Below are positions 46,201 to 53,328 of a DNA stretch of 64,000 nt, piece by piece. How positions within the stretch are numbered: position 1 is the stretch's first letter; each line of letters opens with the position of its first letter. Made by a program: the position numbers and the translations under genes. The notes beneath the pieces were generated by a model. It saw nothing but the letters and a program-made list of their open reading frames with translations, did no database searches and was not told the origin of the DNA. Source of the stretch: Candidatus Multivorans sp. (lineage in GTDB: Bacteria > Acidobacteriota > Thermoanaerobaculia > Multivoradales > Multivoraceae). Where the stretch lies: the NCBI GenBank assembly GCA_965247095.1, contig OZ251997.1:832001-896000 (forward strand). Direction: 5' to 3'.

Positions 46201-46487
46201 TCGGAGGTGGAGATCGCCGGGCCGCGTTCGCCCCCGCGCAGGAGTCCAGCCCTGGTGGTGAGCAGCAGGCCGTTCTCGGCCCGGTCCGGGTCCGAGTGGC
46301 ACATGAAGCAGTTTTGCTCCAGCACCGGCCGCACGTTGTCTTCGAACAGCTTGATGCCGTCCGCCGGGGTTTGCGCGGTCTGGGCGCCGGCTGACGCTGA
46401 AGTCAGGAGGAGCAACACCAGTGCCGAACCCGTGCCGGAGACGGGCCGCATCCGCTGCGCCGATGCATGCATGGTGGCGGTGATCAT
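43215..46487 (-). CDS. Planctomycete-type cytochrome c / DUF1549 / DUF1553 (PSD1) protein with an inserted LamG domain
   Basis: CFMCH, YGERWGRHWLDLVRYAET, CARCHNH, LamG-like DGHWRHAAF...MDEVRFYDRAL, ANRLWQYHFGRG and QALMMLN. Confidence 0.92.
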   Translation of the reverse strand: MITATMHASAQRMRPVSGTGSALVLLLLTSASAGAQTAQTPADGIKLFEDNVRPVLEQNCFMCHSDPDRAENGLLLTTRAGLLRGGERGPAISTSEPSLSLLLQAVGYHDEQLQMPPTGRLADADIEAIRQWVQLGAPFGGDEDDIAEVAAAGDEFQITDADRAWWSVRPLVRPDVPAVADPDWPLNPIDNYLLARIEAADLEPPPTADRRALIRRASYDLTGLPPTLEEVEAFEQDERPDAWERLIDRLLASPHYGERWGRHWLDLVRYAETDGYERDRKKPSAWRYRDWVIDALNADMPYNEFLTHQLAGDEIDHPTAASIVATGYLRLGIWDDEPTDTALAQYDDLDSVLDTTSRVMLGMSIGCARCHNHRGDPIPQTDYYRMLSFFRGIAPYKVGGGNQPTPENYRDLIPEDLGSAEAEAEAERWRAERRQLIQAARSSAASLIDAATAEELEAARKTAETGLVAHLPLDEQVSLVAGDRRGRFHGRVEEAQVGADGVAGGAYTFDGENDSVRLPRPVADDFTVSLWFRTTDGAPGGVQFEWAKGRALVNSVEQLLGFGLSMVGNGYVVAYVSEKTDGFPMRTSVSSGPSYNDGHWRHAAFTRDGNSGAIALFVDGLPADEAKGDGNDLGQAPFLDLGRRGAGDHFAGSMDEVRFYDRALSPQEILGLALDPATGGAALVLAAGLRPDAGETPAFPGAGETPAVPGAGETPAFPATEPASAYNDAVQALADHAPNPRNYVEVLRVKEIGPEAPPTHVLIRGNPHAPAERVEPGFPLILGNADPGLAERPADSPTTGRRRSLARWIADDGNLRTSRVMANRLWQYHFGRGLSPTPNDFGRFGQGATHPDLLDWLATEFVARDWRLKSMHRFMMTSRAYQMSSRPPEGALEADPGNDLFSRFNMRRLTAEEIRDSVLAATGRLNLEFGGPSVYPPMPAAVLATASQPDQAWGDATPEQASRRSIYIHVKRSLLHPLLESLDFADTDSTCPVRFTTTQPTQALMMLNGAFMGEQAAALADRTGGAGGSIEDRVAEALRVVLARQPRTAEIARGVGLIEELEREEGFDSSAAFASLSLLLLNLNEFVYLD
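44333..44428. repeat. Three tandem 27-bp REP units plus a hairpin, read in frame within the PSD1 gene
   Basis: (CTGGGAACGCGGGCGTCTCGCCCGCCC)x3 encodes AGETPAFPG-AGETPAVPG-AGETPAFPA on the minus strand. Confidence 0.92.
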
Positions 46488-46491
46488 ACCG

Positions 46492-46593
46492 CTCCTGGAG
46501 TGCTACCCGAACCGGGTGATCAACATCCACCACTCCTTCCTGCCGGCCTTCCCGGGTGGCAGCCCGGACCGGCAGGCCTACCTGCGCGGCGTC
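46492..46593 (+). pseudogene. purU: Isolated internal fragment of formyltetrahydrofolate deformylase
   Basis: Translates to LLECYPNRVINIHHSFLPAFPGGSPDRQAYLRGV, containing the PurU INIHHSFLP signature; no start or flanking homology. Confidence 0.8.
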
Positions 46594-48358
46594 AGCGCTC
46601 CGCGCAGACGCTCCGCAGTTGTCGCCGCGCCTGGGCCAACGACGGGTCGCCTCCGGCGAAGCGTCGGCCGTCTTCGAGGAGTGCCAAAGCCTCGCCACAG
46701 CGGTCGGTCTGGGCCAGGATGGACGCGAGGCGGACACGGGCCGCCGTAAGATCCGGACGGACCGCGAGCGCGGCGGCGAATGCCCGGGCGGCTTGTTCGG
46801 GGCGGCGCAGGTCGAGGAGGATCATGCCGAGCACGAAGCTGGTCTGGGGCTCTGCGGGATCGAGCTGCTGGGCGGTCTCAAGCTCCCGCGCCGCCTCCCG
46901 CAGCCGTCCCTGGATGGCGAAGATGCCCCCGAGTTCGGTCCGCAGTCGCACCTCGTCGGGGGCGGCAAACGACGCGGATGCGAGGCCGCGCTCCAGGGCA
47001 GTGCGCGCTTCCGGGAGCCGGTCCTGCTGCCGGAGGACGACGCTCAGGGCGTGCAGGGCCGCGGCGTCCGAGGGGGCCTCGGCGACCCGGGCTTCCAGGA
47101 TCTCCAGAGCCTCGGCGGGGCGGCCGGCGGCGGCGAGGGCGCCGGCGCGCCGGGTCGACGCCTCGGCGTAGCTCGGGTCGAGCGACAGCACCCGGTCGTA
47201 TCGCTCCAGCGCTTCGCGGGGTCGGCCGGCGCGTTCGAGGACCAGGGCGAGCTGGTAGTGGGCCTGTTTGTAGTCGGGCGCCAGTTCAGTTGCCGCGGTC
47301 AGGCGCCGGATCGCCTCCAGCGGACGACCGAGGCCGGCGTGGAGTTGGGCCAACTCGAAGTGGGCCGAAGCCGAGGTGGGATCGAGCGCCAGGAGCTCTT
47401 CGTAGGCGGTCTGGGCCTGGTCGAAGTGGCCGGCGTCCATGTGAGCCAGAGCCAGGTGTTGCCGCGCCTCGAGGTTCGTGGGATCGGCTTCGACGGCGCG
47501 GCCGAAGAGCGTCGCCGCGGCAGCGAACTCTCCCGCCTGGATCGCGATCAAGCCCTGCTGGACCAGGGCGGTGCTGCCGGTGGGCAGGTAGGGGAGTTCG
47601 CGGACGAGGGGATCGTCCAGAGTGAAGTCCATGTGGCTCGCCTGTGCCAGGTGGGTGGCTGCTCGCTCCTCGTCGCCCAAGCCGCGGTACGCCATGCCGA
47701 GCGAGTAGTGACCGCGGCCCGCGGCGGGTTCGGCGGCGAGCGCTCGCTCCAGGAAGCCGGTTGCGGTCTCGGCGTCGCCGCGATCGAGCGCCAGGGCGCC
47801 GAGGCCGTAGAGCGCGGGGGCGAACTCGGACTGGACTTTGAGCGCCCGGTTCCAGAGCGCGGCGGCTGCCTCGGGACGGCCGCGCGCGGTCTCGGTTTCG
47901 GCAAGGCGGTGCAGGGCCGGGATCAGGTCGGGCTCGATCGCGATCGTCGCGCGATAGGCCGAGGCTGCCGCTTCGAGATCGCCGGCGGTCTGGCTGGCGA
48001 AGGCGGTCAGGTACGGCCAGCGATGATCGGTCGGTTCGAGGCGGCTCGCTTCCCGGTAGCAATCTTCGGCGGCCTGCAGCGCGGTGAACGCATGGCTGTC
48101 GAGCAGTTGGAGGCCGTGGTAGAGCTTGCCGAGTTCGCCGACCGCGGCTGCCAGTTCGGTGTCGGTCGCTCCGTTCGTTTCGAGGGTGCGGACGCGCCGC
48201 TCGAGGCTGGCGATCTGGGCGCGGACGGCCGGGTCGTGCGGTTCGTAGCTGGAGGGCAGCGAGAGCTGCTCGCTGCCGTCTGTGCAGGCCAGCAGGGCGA
48301 CGGCGATCGTGGCGAGTGCCCCCCGGAGCGCCCGGTATCGGGTCGGTGCGGCAGTCAT
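46592..48358 (-). CDS. Tetratricopeptide repeat lipoprotein
   Basis: Lipobox LLAC and many TPR helices; start MTAAPTR overlaps the CRTAC1 stop. Confidence 0.88.
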   Translation of the reverse strand: MTAAPTRYRALRGALATIAVALLACTDGSEQLSLPSSYEPHDPAVRAQIASLERRVRTLETNGATDTELAAAVGELGKLYHGLQLLDSHAFTALQAAEDCYREASRLEPTDHRWPYLTAFASQTAGDLEAAASAYRATIAIEPDLIPALHRLAETETARGRPEAAAALWNRALKVQSEFAPALYGLGALALDRGDAETATGFLERALAAEPAAGRGHYSLGMAYRGLGDEERAATHLAQASHMDFTLDDPLVRELPYLPTGSTALVQQGLIAIQAGEFAAAATLFGRAVEADPTNLEARQHLALAHMDAGHFDQAQTAYEELLALDPTSASAHFELAQLHAGLGRPLEAIRRLTAATELAPDYKQAHYQLALVLERAGRPREALERYDRVLSLDPSYAEASTRRAGALAAAGRPAEALEILEARVAEAPSDAAALHALSVVLRQQDRLPEARTALERGLASASFAAPDEVRLRTELGGIFAIQGRLREAARELETAQQLDPAEPQTSFVLGMILLDLRRPEQAARAFAAALAVRPDLTAARVRLASILAQTDRCGEALALLEDGRRFAGGDPSLAQARRQLRSVCAER

Positions 48359-50109
48359 TGTTCGCCTCGTCCCTGGCGCAGTTCGTGGTAAGTCCGGGGT
48401 GAGAGCGGGCCGAACGACTCCTCGCCGCCGCCGAGCCAGGTCACCCGGACATCCTCGATGGCGGCGGCGCCGAGTCCGACCAGGACTCTCGGGTCGCTGG
48501 AGGAGGCGTAGCTCCACTGCGCGCGGACGCGGCGGGTGATCATCCGGCCGTCATCCAGTGCGACTCTGACCAGGCTGCCGAGAGCGTCCCGCCTACCGTC
48601 CGCGGTGACGAGCCGTAGACCGATCCAGCCGCTGTCCTGGCCGACGACGTTCACCAGCAGCCGGACCGGTCCGTTGTTGTTCGAGATCAGGACGTCCGTA
48701 TCGCCGTCGTTGTCCACATCGCCGAAGGCGGCGCCGCGGGAGACTTCGTAGGTCCCGAAGGAAGCGCCTCCCAACGCTGAGACGTCCTCGAAGCGGCCGT
48801 CCCCGAGGTTGCGAAAGAGTTGATTCGGCTGTCCGAAGCGGCGTTCGTGGTCGGTGGCCGCGGCCGCCCGCGCGGCGGCCTCAGCGCCGGCGCGGGCCCG
48901 GTCGAGGCGACGCACGGCGCCGTTGACGGCCAGCACGTCCAGGTCGCCGTCGTTGTCGAAGTCGAACCAGCCGGTGCCGAAGCCGGTCATTGCCAAGCTG
49001 GGTGTGTCGAGTCCCGCGACCATGCCGGCGTCCGAGAACAGACCGCTGCCGTCGTTCAGGTAGAGAGTGCTCGTCTCGCCGGTGATGTGGGTCACGTAGA
49101 GGTCCTCGTCGCCGTCGCCGTCCAGGTCGCCGGCATCGACGCCCATCCCGGCTTCGGCTTCGCCCCTGCCGTTGACCGCCGAGCCTGCGAACAGAGCCCG
49201 GTTCTCGAAGCGGCCGCCGCCAAGGTTCATCCACATCTGGTTCGGCGTGCCGTCGTTGGCGACGTAGAGGTCGAGCCGGCCGTCGAGATCGAGATCGGCG
49301 GGCACGGCGCCGAGGCCGTTGCCGTACTCGGATGCGATGCCAGCCCGTTTCGTTGCGTCCTGGAAGCTCCCGTCGCCGAGGTTGCGGAGCAGGCGGTCCG
49401 GTTCAGCCCGGTACGTCTTCGGGCTGCAGTAGTCCGGTTCGCCGCTGCCGAAGGTGCACACCGTGTGGCTGCCGAGATTGAAGTCCACGTAGTTGGCGAA
49501 GAACAGGTCCAGCGCGCCGTCGCCGTCGTAGTCGAAGAAGGCCGCGGGGACGCTCCACCTGGGATCGTCGGCGCCGGCCGCCTGCGTTGCGTCCTCGAAC
49601 CGCCCTCCGCCCAGGTTGCGCCAGAGGCGGTTTGGCCCGAAGTTCGTCACGTACAGGTCGGCCTGGCCGTCGCCGTCGTAGTCCGCGGCGGCCACGCCCA
49701 TGCCGTAGCCGGTGGAGTTGAGGCCCGAGTCCGCGGTGACGTCGATGAAGCGGAGTTCGCCGCTTTCCGCCAGTTCGTTCCGGAACAGGCGGTCGCGGGC
49801 GGGGGCGCCGTCGGTAGGGGCCGCGGCGCCCGGCTCCAGGTCGGAGCCCTGCACCAGGTACGCGTCCAGATCGCCGTCGCCATCGAAGTCGAAGAGCGCC
49901 GCGCCGGAGCCCATGATCTCGGGCAGCAGGAACCGTCCCGCGCCGCCGTTCCGGTGCTGGAAGGCGAGGCCGACCTCAGCGGCGCGCTCTTCGAAGGCGG
50001 GGGGAAAAGGATGGTCCGCCGGCGGCGGTTCGGGGTTGGGTTCCACCCCGGGGCCTTCCGCGCAGCTCGCGGCGGCGAGCGACAACAGGGCGATGCGTGC
50101 ACCGACCAT
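48355..50109 (-). CDS. CRTAC1 / ASPIC-UnbV family protein (FG-GAP/VCBS repeats)
   Basis: EIMGSGAALFDFDGDGDLD, repeated DxDGDGxxD, SRGAAFGDVDNDGDTD and SYASSSDPRVLVGLG. Confidence 0.92.
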   Translation of the reverse strand: MVGARIALLSLAAASCAEGPGVEPNPEPPPADHPFPPAFEERAAEVGLAFQHRNGGAGRFLLPEIMGSGAALFDFDGDGDLDAYLVQGSDLEPGAAAPTDGAPARDRLFRNELAESGELRFIDVTADSGLNSTGYGMGVAAADYDGDGQADLYVTNFGPNRLWRNLGGGRFEDATQAAGADDPRWSVPAAFFDYDGDGALDLFFANYVDFNLGSHTVCTFGSGEPDYCSPKTYRAEPDRLLRNLGDGSFQDATKRAGIASEYGNGLGAVPADLDLDGRLDLYVANDGTPNQMWMNLGGGRFENRALFAGSAVNGRGEAEAGMGVDAGDLDGDGDEDLYVTHITGETSTLYLNDGSGLFSDAGMVAGLDTPSLAMTGFGTGWFDFDNDGDLDVLAVNGAVRRLDRARAGAEAAARAAAATDHERRFGQPNQLFRNLGDGRFEDVSALGGASFGTYEVSRGAAFGDVDNDGDTDVLISNNNGPVRLLVNVVGQDSGWIGLRLVTADGRRDALGSLVRVALDDGRMITRRVRAQWSYASSSDPRVLVGLGAAAIEDVRVTWLGGGEESFGPLSPRTYHELRQGRGEQ

Positions 50110-50198
50110 CGCTCGGTGAAGAGCTAGGCCGACAGTTCGTGGTGGGGCCAGTTCTCGAACCACCCAGACCTCAGGGGAAGCGATCCGTTCAGCCAGCC

Positions 50199-51194
50199 TT
50201 ACCGGCGTGTGAACGCTGCACAGAGCTCCAAGAACGCCGCCTCGCTCTCGCACCTGAGCGCGGCGCGGATCAAATCGGCTTCGGGTATCTCGCCGAGTTC
50301 CGCAAGTCGCGTTTCCAAGGCCGGCGTGATCGGGAGGCCACGTTGCTCAAGGAGCGCAACCACCGCCGCGGCTCGACCTTGCGCCAAACCCTGGGCTCGG
50401 CCCTCGGCTCTGCCCTCGTCGCGGTGGTGGCGCAACCAGGAATCGTCGTCCGGCCCGGTGCCTTGGGCTGCGCCCAGCGCGATTCCGATGCGGTGCAGCG
50501 CCGCCTCGGTCCCGGCCGAAATGACGCTCTCGTTCAGTGCTCCGTGGATCTGCTCCGCAGTCCAGCCGCGGAAGGCGCGGCTGCTCCCCGCCTCTCTGAA
50601 ACGGCCGCCTTCCAGGACGTGGATCGTCAGCCCCGAGATCCGGGACTTGGGGCGGCTCGGGGAGCGTGCGTCCGGCACGTCGACCCAGACCTCGGGGAAG
50701 CCCCAGGACTCGTAGAGCGGCAGCTTGCGCACCCGGACATCGGTCGAGTAGTCGACCTCGAGGACGACATCGGGGAGGGCGCCGCCGTCCACGTCGACCC
50801 TCGGCGTCAGTTCATCAGCGGGTGACGGATGGAGGTAGAGGATCTGGTCCGCCTGCATCAACACGCGTGGCCTGGGACCGCTGCTGAACCGCACCAGGTC
50901 GGCCGCCCCGAAGGTTTCGATCGGCGACCCCCTGGAAGCTGCAATCCGTTCAGCCAGCCTTGCCAGCCGTTGTGAGGGCTGCTCGTGATGGGTCGTGGTC
51001 GGCTCGCAGACAACCATCGCGGTCGCGGTGCGTGCCTCCCAATATTCGACGCGGCCGTCGTAGTCCTCTATTTCGTGGAGCGGTATGTGAACCGCCTTGC
51101 AGCCGGGGAAGTCGACCGGGTCTAGTGGAGCTTTCTCCGGGTCGCGCCGCTCGTTCCGAGAGGACCATTCCGGTGCGTGAGCAGGCTCGACCAT
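50199..51194 (-). CDS. Uma2/DUF820-like PD-(D/E)xK endonuclease-fold protein
   Basis: HEQPS, MQADQILY, PDVVLEVDYST and KLPLYESWGFPEVWV; C-terminal EGRAEGRAQG tail. Confidence 0.8.
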   Translation of the reverse strand: MVEPAHAPEWSSRNERRDPEKAPLDPVDFPGCKAVHIPLHEIEDYDGRVEYWEARTATAMVVCEPTTTHHEQPSQRLARLAERIAASRGSPIETFGAADLVRFSSGPRPRVLMQADQILYLHPSPADELTPRVDVDGGALPDVVLEVDYSTDVRVRKLPLYESWGFPEVWVDVPDARSPSRPKSRISGLTIHVLEGGRFREAGSSRAFRGWTAEQIHGALNESVISAGTEAALHRIGIALGAAQGTGPDDDSWLRHHRDEGRAEGRAQGLAQGRAAAVVALLEQRGLPITPALETRLAELGEIPEADLIRAALRCESEAAFLELCAAFTRR

Positions 51195-51274
51195 GGCGCG
51201 GATCCTACATCGGCGAAGAGCTGCGATGCCTCTAGCCGGTTCGGCGCCGCGATGCGCCGCGGTTCGAGTAGCCC

Positions 51275-51700
51275 TTGTATCTCCTCGACACGAACGTCGT
51301 TTCCGAGTTGCGCCGCCCGCGACCGCACCAGTCGGTTCTGCGCTGGTTTCGGGGCGTACCGGCTGAACGGCTCCACGTGTCCGCCGTCACGATCGGCGAG
51401 ATTCAGGCAGGCATCGAGATCACCAGGGAGCAGGATCCGGTCAAGGCGACCGAACTTGAGAGGTGGCTCGACAGTGTGCTCGGCGCGTACAGCGTCCTGC
51501 CGGTGGACGCCGACGTGTTCCGCGAGTGGGCCAAGCTGATGCACAAGCGATCGGACACGCTGATGCAGGACGGCATGATCGCGGCCGTCGCCGTTGTCCA
51601 CCGGTTGACGGTAGCGACCCGCAACGTCCGCGACTTCGAGGTGTTCGGCGTGGACACGGTCGATCCGTTCGCCAAGTCGGTTGGGGACGGTTTGCGCTGA
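51275..51700 (+). CDS. vapC: VapC/FitB-like PIN toxin with no upstream antitoxin
   Basis: YLLDTNVVSE, TIGEI, DGMIAA and TRNVRDF; TTG start without a clear RBS. Confidence 0.88.
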   Translation: MYLLDTNVVSELRRPRPHQSVLRWFRGVPAERLHVSAVTIGEIQAGIEITREQDPVKATELERWLDSVLGAYSVLPVDADVFREWAKLMHKRSDTLMQDGMIAAVAVVHRLTVATRNVRDFEVFGVDTVDPFAKSVGDGLR

Positions 51701-51758
51701 TCTCCGTCTGCGCGCGAGTCCTCGACTCGCAGTCTCCTGTACTGAGCCACACAGAGTG

Positions 51759-51787
51759 TTGCTGCATTGGTGCGGCAGCGTTATGCT
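51759..51787 (+). promoter_or_regulatory. Putative sigma70 promoter of the antitoxin
   Basis: TTGCTG-17 nt-TATGCT ending 10 nt before ATG 51797; overlapped by an imperfect inverted repeat GCTGCA-TTGG-TGCGGC. Confidence 0.45.
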
Positions 51788-51796
51788 CTTCACACC

Positions 51797-52045
51797 ATGA
51801 GAACGACGATCTCGCTTGAAGACAGGCTAGCCATGCAGGTACGGCACGAAGCTGCGGCCCGGGGACTCAGCGTGAGCCGCTTCATTACCAAGACCCTGGA
51901 CGATGCGATCAAACGGCCTGAACCCGCGGCGTCGCGTCCGTTCCGGCTGCTGACCGTCGGCGGCGGTGGTCCCCGCTCGGGGGTTGACCTCGACCGGCCC
52001 CGCGCACTTGAAGTGGCCGAGGACGAGGTCCGTCTGCGGAACTGA
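51797..52045 (+). CDS. Ribbon-helix-helix (VapB/CopG-like) antitoxin
   Basis: MRTTISLEDRL...AAARGLSVSRFI...PFRLLTVGGGG..GVDLD. Confidence 0.82.
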   Translation: MRTTISLEDRLAMQVRHEAAARGLSVSRFITKTLDDAIKRPEPAASRPFRLLTVGGGGPRSGVDLDRPRALEVAEDEVRLRN

Positions 52046-52047
52046 CG

Positions 52048-52275
52048 GAGTGTCCGAACGCGCGGGTTGTCGGTCCCGGTCCCGATCACCTTGCCGTTAT
52101 CGAGCGGGTCTGCCGAGGGTCCGCCGCCACTGGGAAGCTGGTGGCGGACGCCCAGCATGCGGCGGTAGCCATCGAGCATGGCTGCACGCTCGTCTCCACA
52201 GATGCCGATTTCGATCGGTTCCCAGACCTGCGCTGGCTACATCCGTTGCGGCCCGCCGCCGCCCGCGGTCGCTGA
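52048..52275 (+). pseudogene. vapC: C-terminal half of a VapC/PIN toxin, N-terminus deleted
   Basis: ECPNARVVGPGPDH...GKLVADAQHAAVAIEHGCTLVSTDADFDRFPDLRWLHPL with no start codon and no DxN motif. Confidence 0.8.
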
Positions 52276-52368
52276 ACGTAGCTACGCCGCTCAGACACCA
52301 AGCTCGCTAGAGGCGCCGAGGGCCCGTGCAGGTCGAAGTCGAAAACGCCGGCCTGAACCGCGTTCTGC

Positions 52369-52875
52369 CTAGCCTTGGCCCAAGCGAAGGGCGATACCGA
52401 TGATGCCGCCGACCGTCGGGACCATCAGGGCGAAGATTCCACCAACAATCCACTTGATCGTTCGCATTTCGCCCCGCAGGCCTTCCATCTGGGCTGCAAT
52501 CTCCTGCCGGAAGCTCTCGAAGCGATCCCTGACCTCCTGACGTAGAGCTTCCATGGCCCGTTCCAGGCCCTCGATCCGAGTCGTGTTCGTCGCCACGGTG
52601 GTCGCGAGCTGGTTCAAATCCACCCGGACCTCCGCGATGTCCTGCTTGACCTCAGTTCGGAGTTCCGCGATGTCCTGCTTCAGTTCGGTTCGGACGTCCG
52701 CGATGTCCTGCTTCAGAACGCATTGGGCATGGGCGAGATCTTCCTTCGTCGCGAGCCTCTCTTCCATGCCGACCATCATCTCGACCAGTGCCTCCATCTG
52801 GAGTCCCTTGAAACCAGCGTCCTCGAGCCGACGCCTTGTTTCGCGCACCACTGAGTGTACCGGATAGCTTCCCAT
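52369..52875 (-). CDS. Coiled-coil protein with C-terminal TM helix (DUF1640/CCDC90-like)
   Basis: LEDAGF, LATKEDL, KQDIA repeats and IKWIVGGIFAL; GGAGG upstream of ATG 52875. Confidence 0.75.
   Translation of the reverse strand: MGSYPVHSVVRETRRRLEDAGFKGLQMEALVEMMVGMEERLATKEDLAHAQCVLKQDIADVRTELKQDIAELRTEVKQDIAEVRVDLNQLATTVATNTTRIEGLERAMEALRQEVRDRFESFRQEIAAQMEGLRGEMRTIKWIVGGIFALMVPTVGGIIGIALRLGQG
52631..52717 (-). repeat. 33-bp (11-aa) tandem coding repeat, about 3 copies
   Basis: TCCGCGATGTCCTGCTT recurs at 33-bp spacing (KQDIADVRTEL / KQDIAELRTEV / KQDIAEV). Confidence 0.85.
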
Positions 52876-53246
52876 CTCCTGATCCTCCTTGCCACCGTGC
52901 AGCCGCCGTGAACATCTGGTACATGCCTTCCCTCGCCAACTCGCACAGCGGCAATCGACGGACCGCGACCGGCGTACTTTCCGCTCGCCGGCCGCCTGAT
53001 GCGCGTAGAAGGCCGCCACTGACTAAGACGGATTGCGTGGCGTGAGTTGGGGCGCAGCCGCCTTCGCGAGCCTTGGCGCTTCCACGGCGCCGGCGTCATC
53101 GACCGGGTGTTTGGCAGCGACAGGCCGGAGGTGCGCGTTGAGCCTCGTGCCGGCACGGAGCTCGGCGGTTTCGCGAGCCGAGGGTGGCTCACTTTCTGCG
53201 CGTTGGGCGGCTCAGTTTCCGGGTTGCCTCCAGCTCGAGACAGTAG

Positions 53247-53279
53247 AAGGGGGAGAGAGCCGAAGCCCTCTCCCCCTTT
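53247..53279 (-). terminator. Intrinsic terminator hairpin after the TonB receptor gene
   Basis: Minus strand AAGGGGGAGAGGGC-TTCG-GCTCTCTCCCCCTT; weak U-tract. Confidence 0.7.
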
Positions 53280-53328
53280 GATTCCTGCGAATCCGGAGCC
53301 GAAGCCCCTGGGTTCTTCTTGATCCGGT

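Noticed and set aside
52880-53240. Unassigned ~360-bp spacer with short ORFs
   Set aside because: No recognisable protein motif or RNA structure; could be another remnant but is unsupported without a search.
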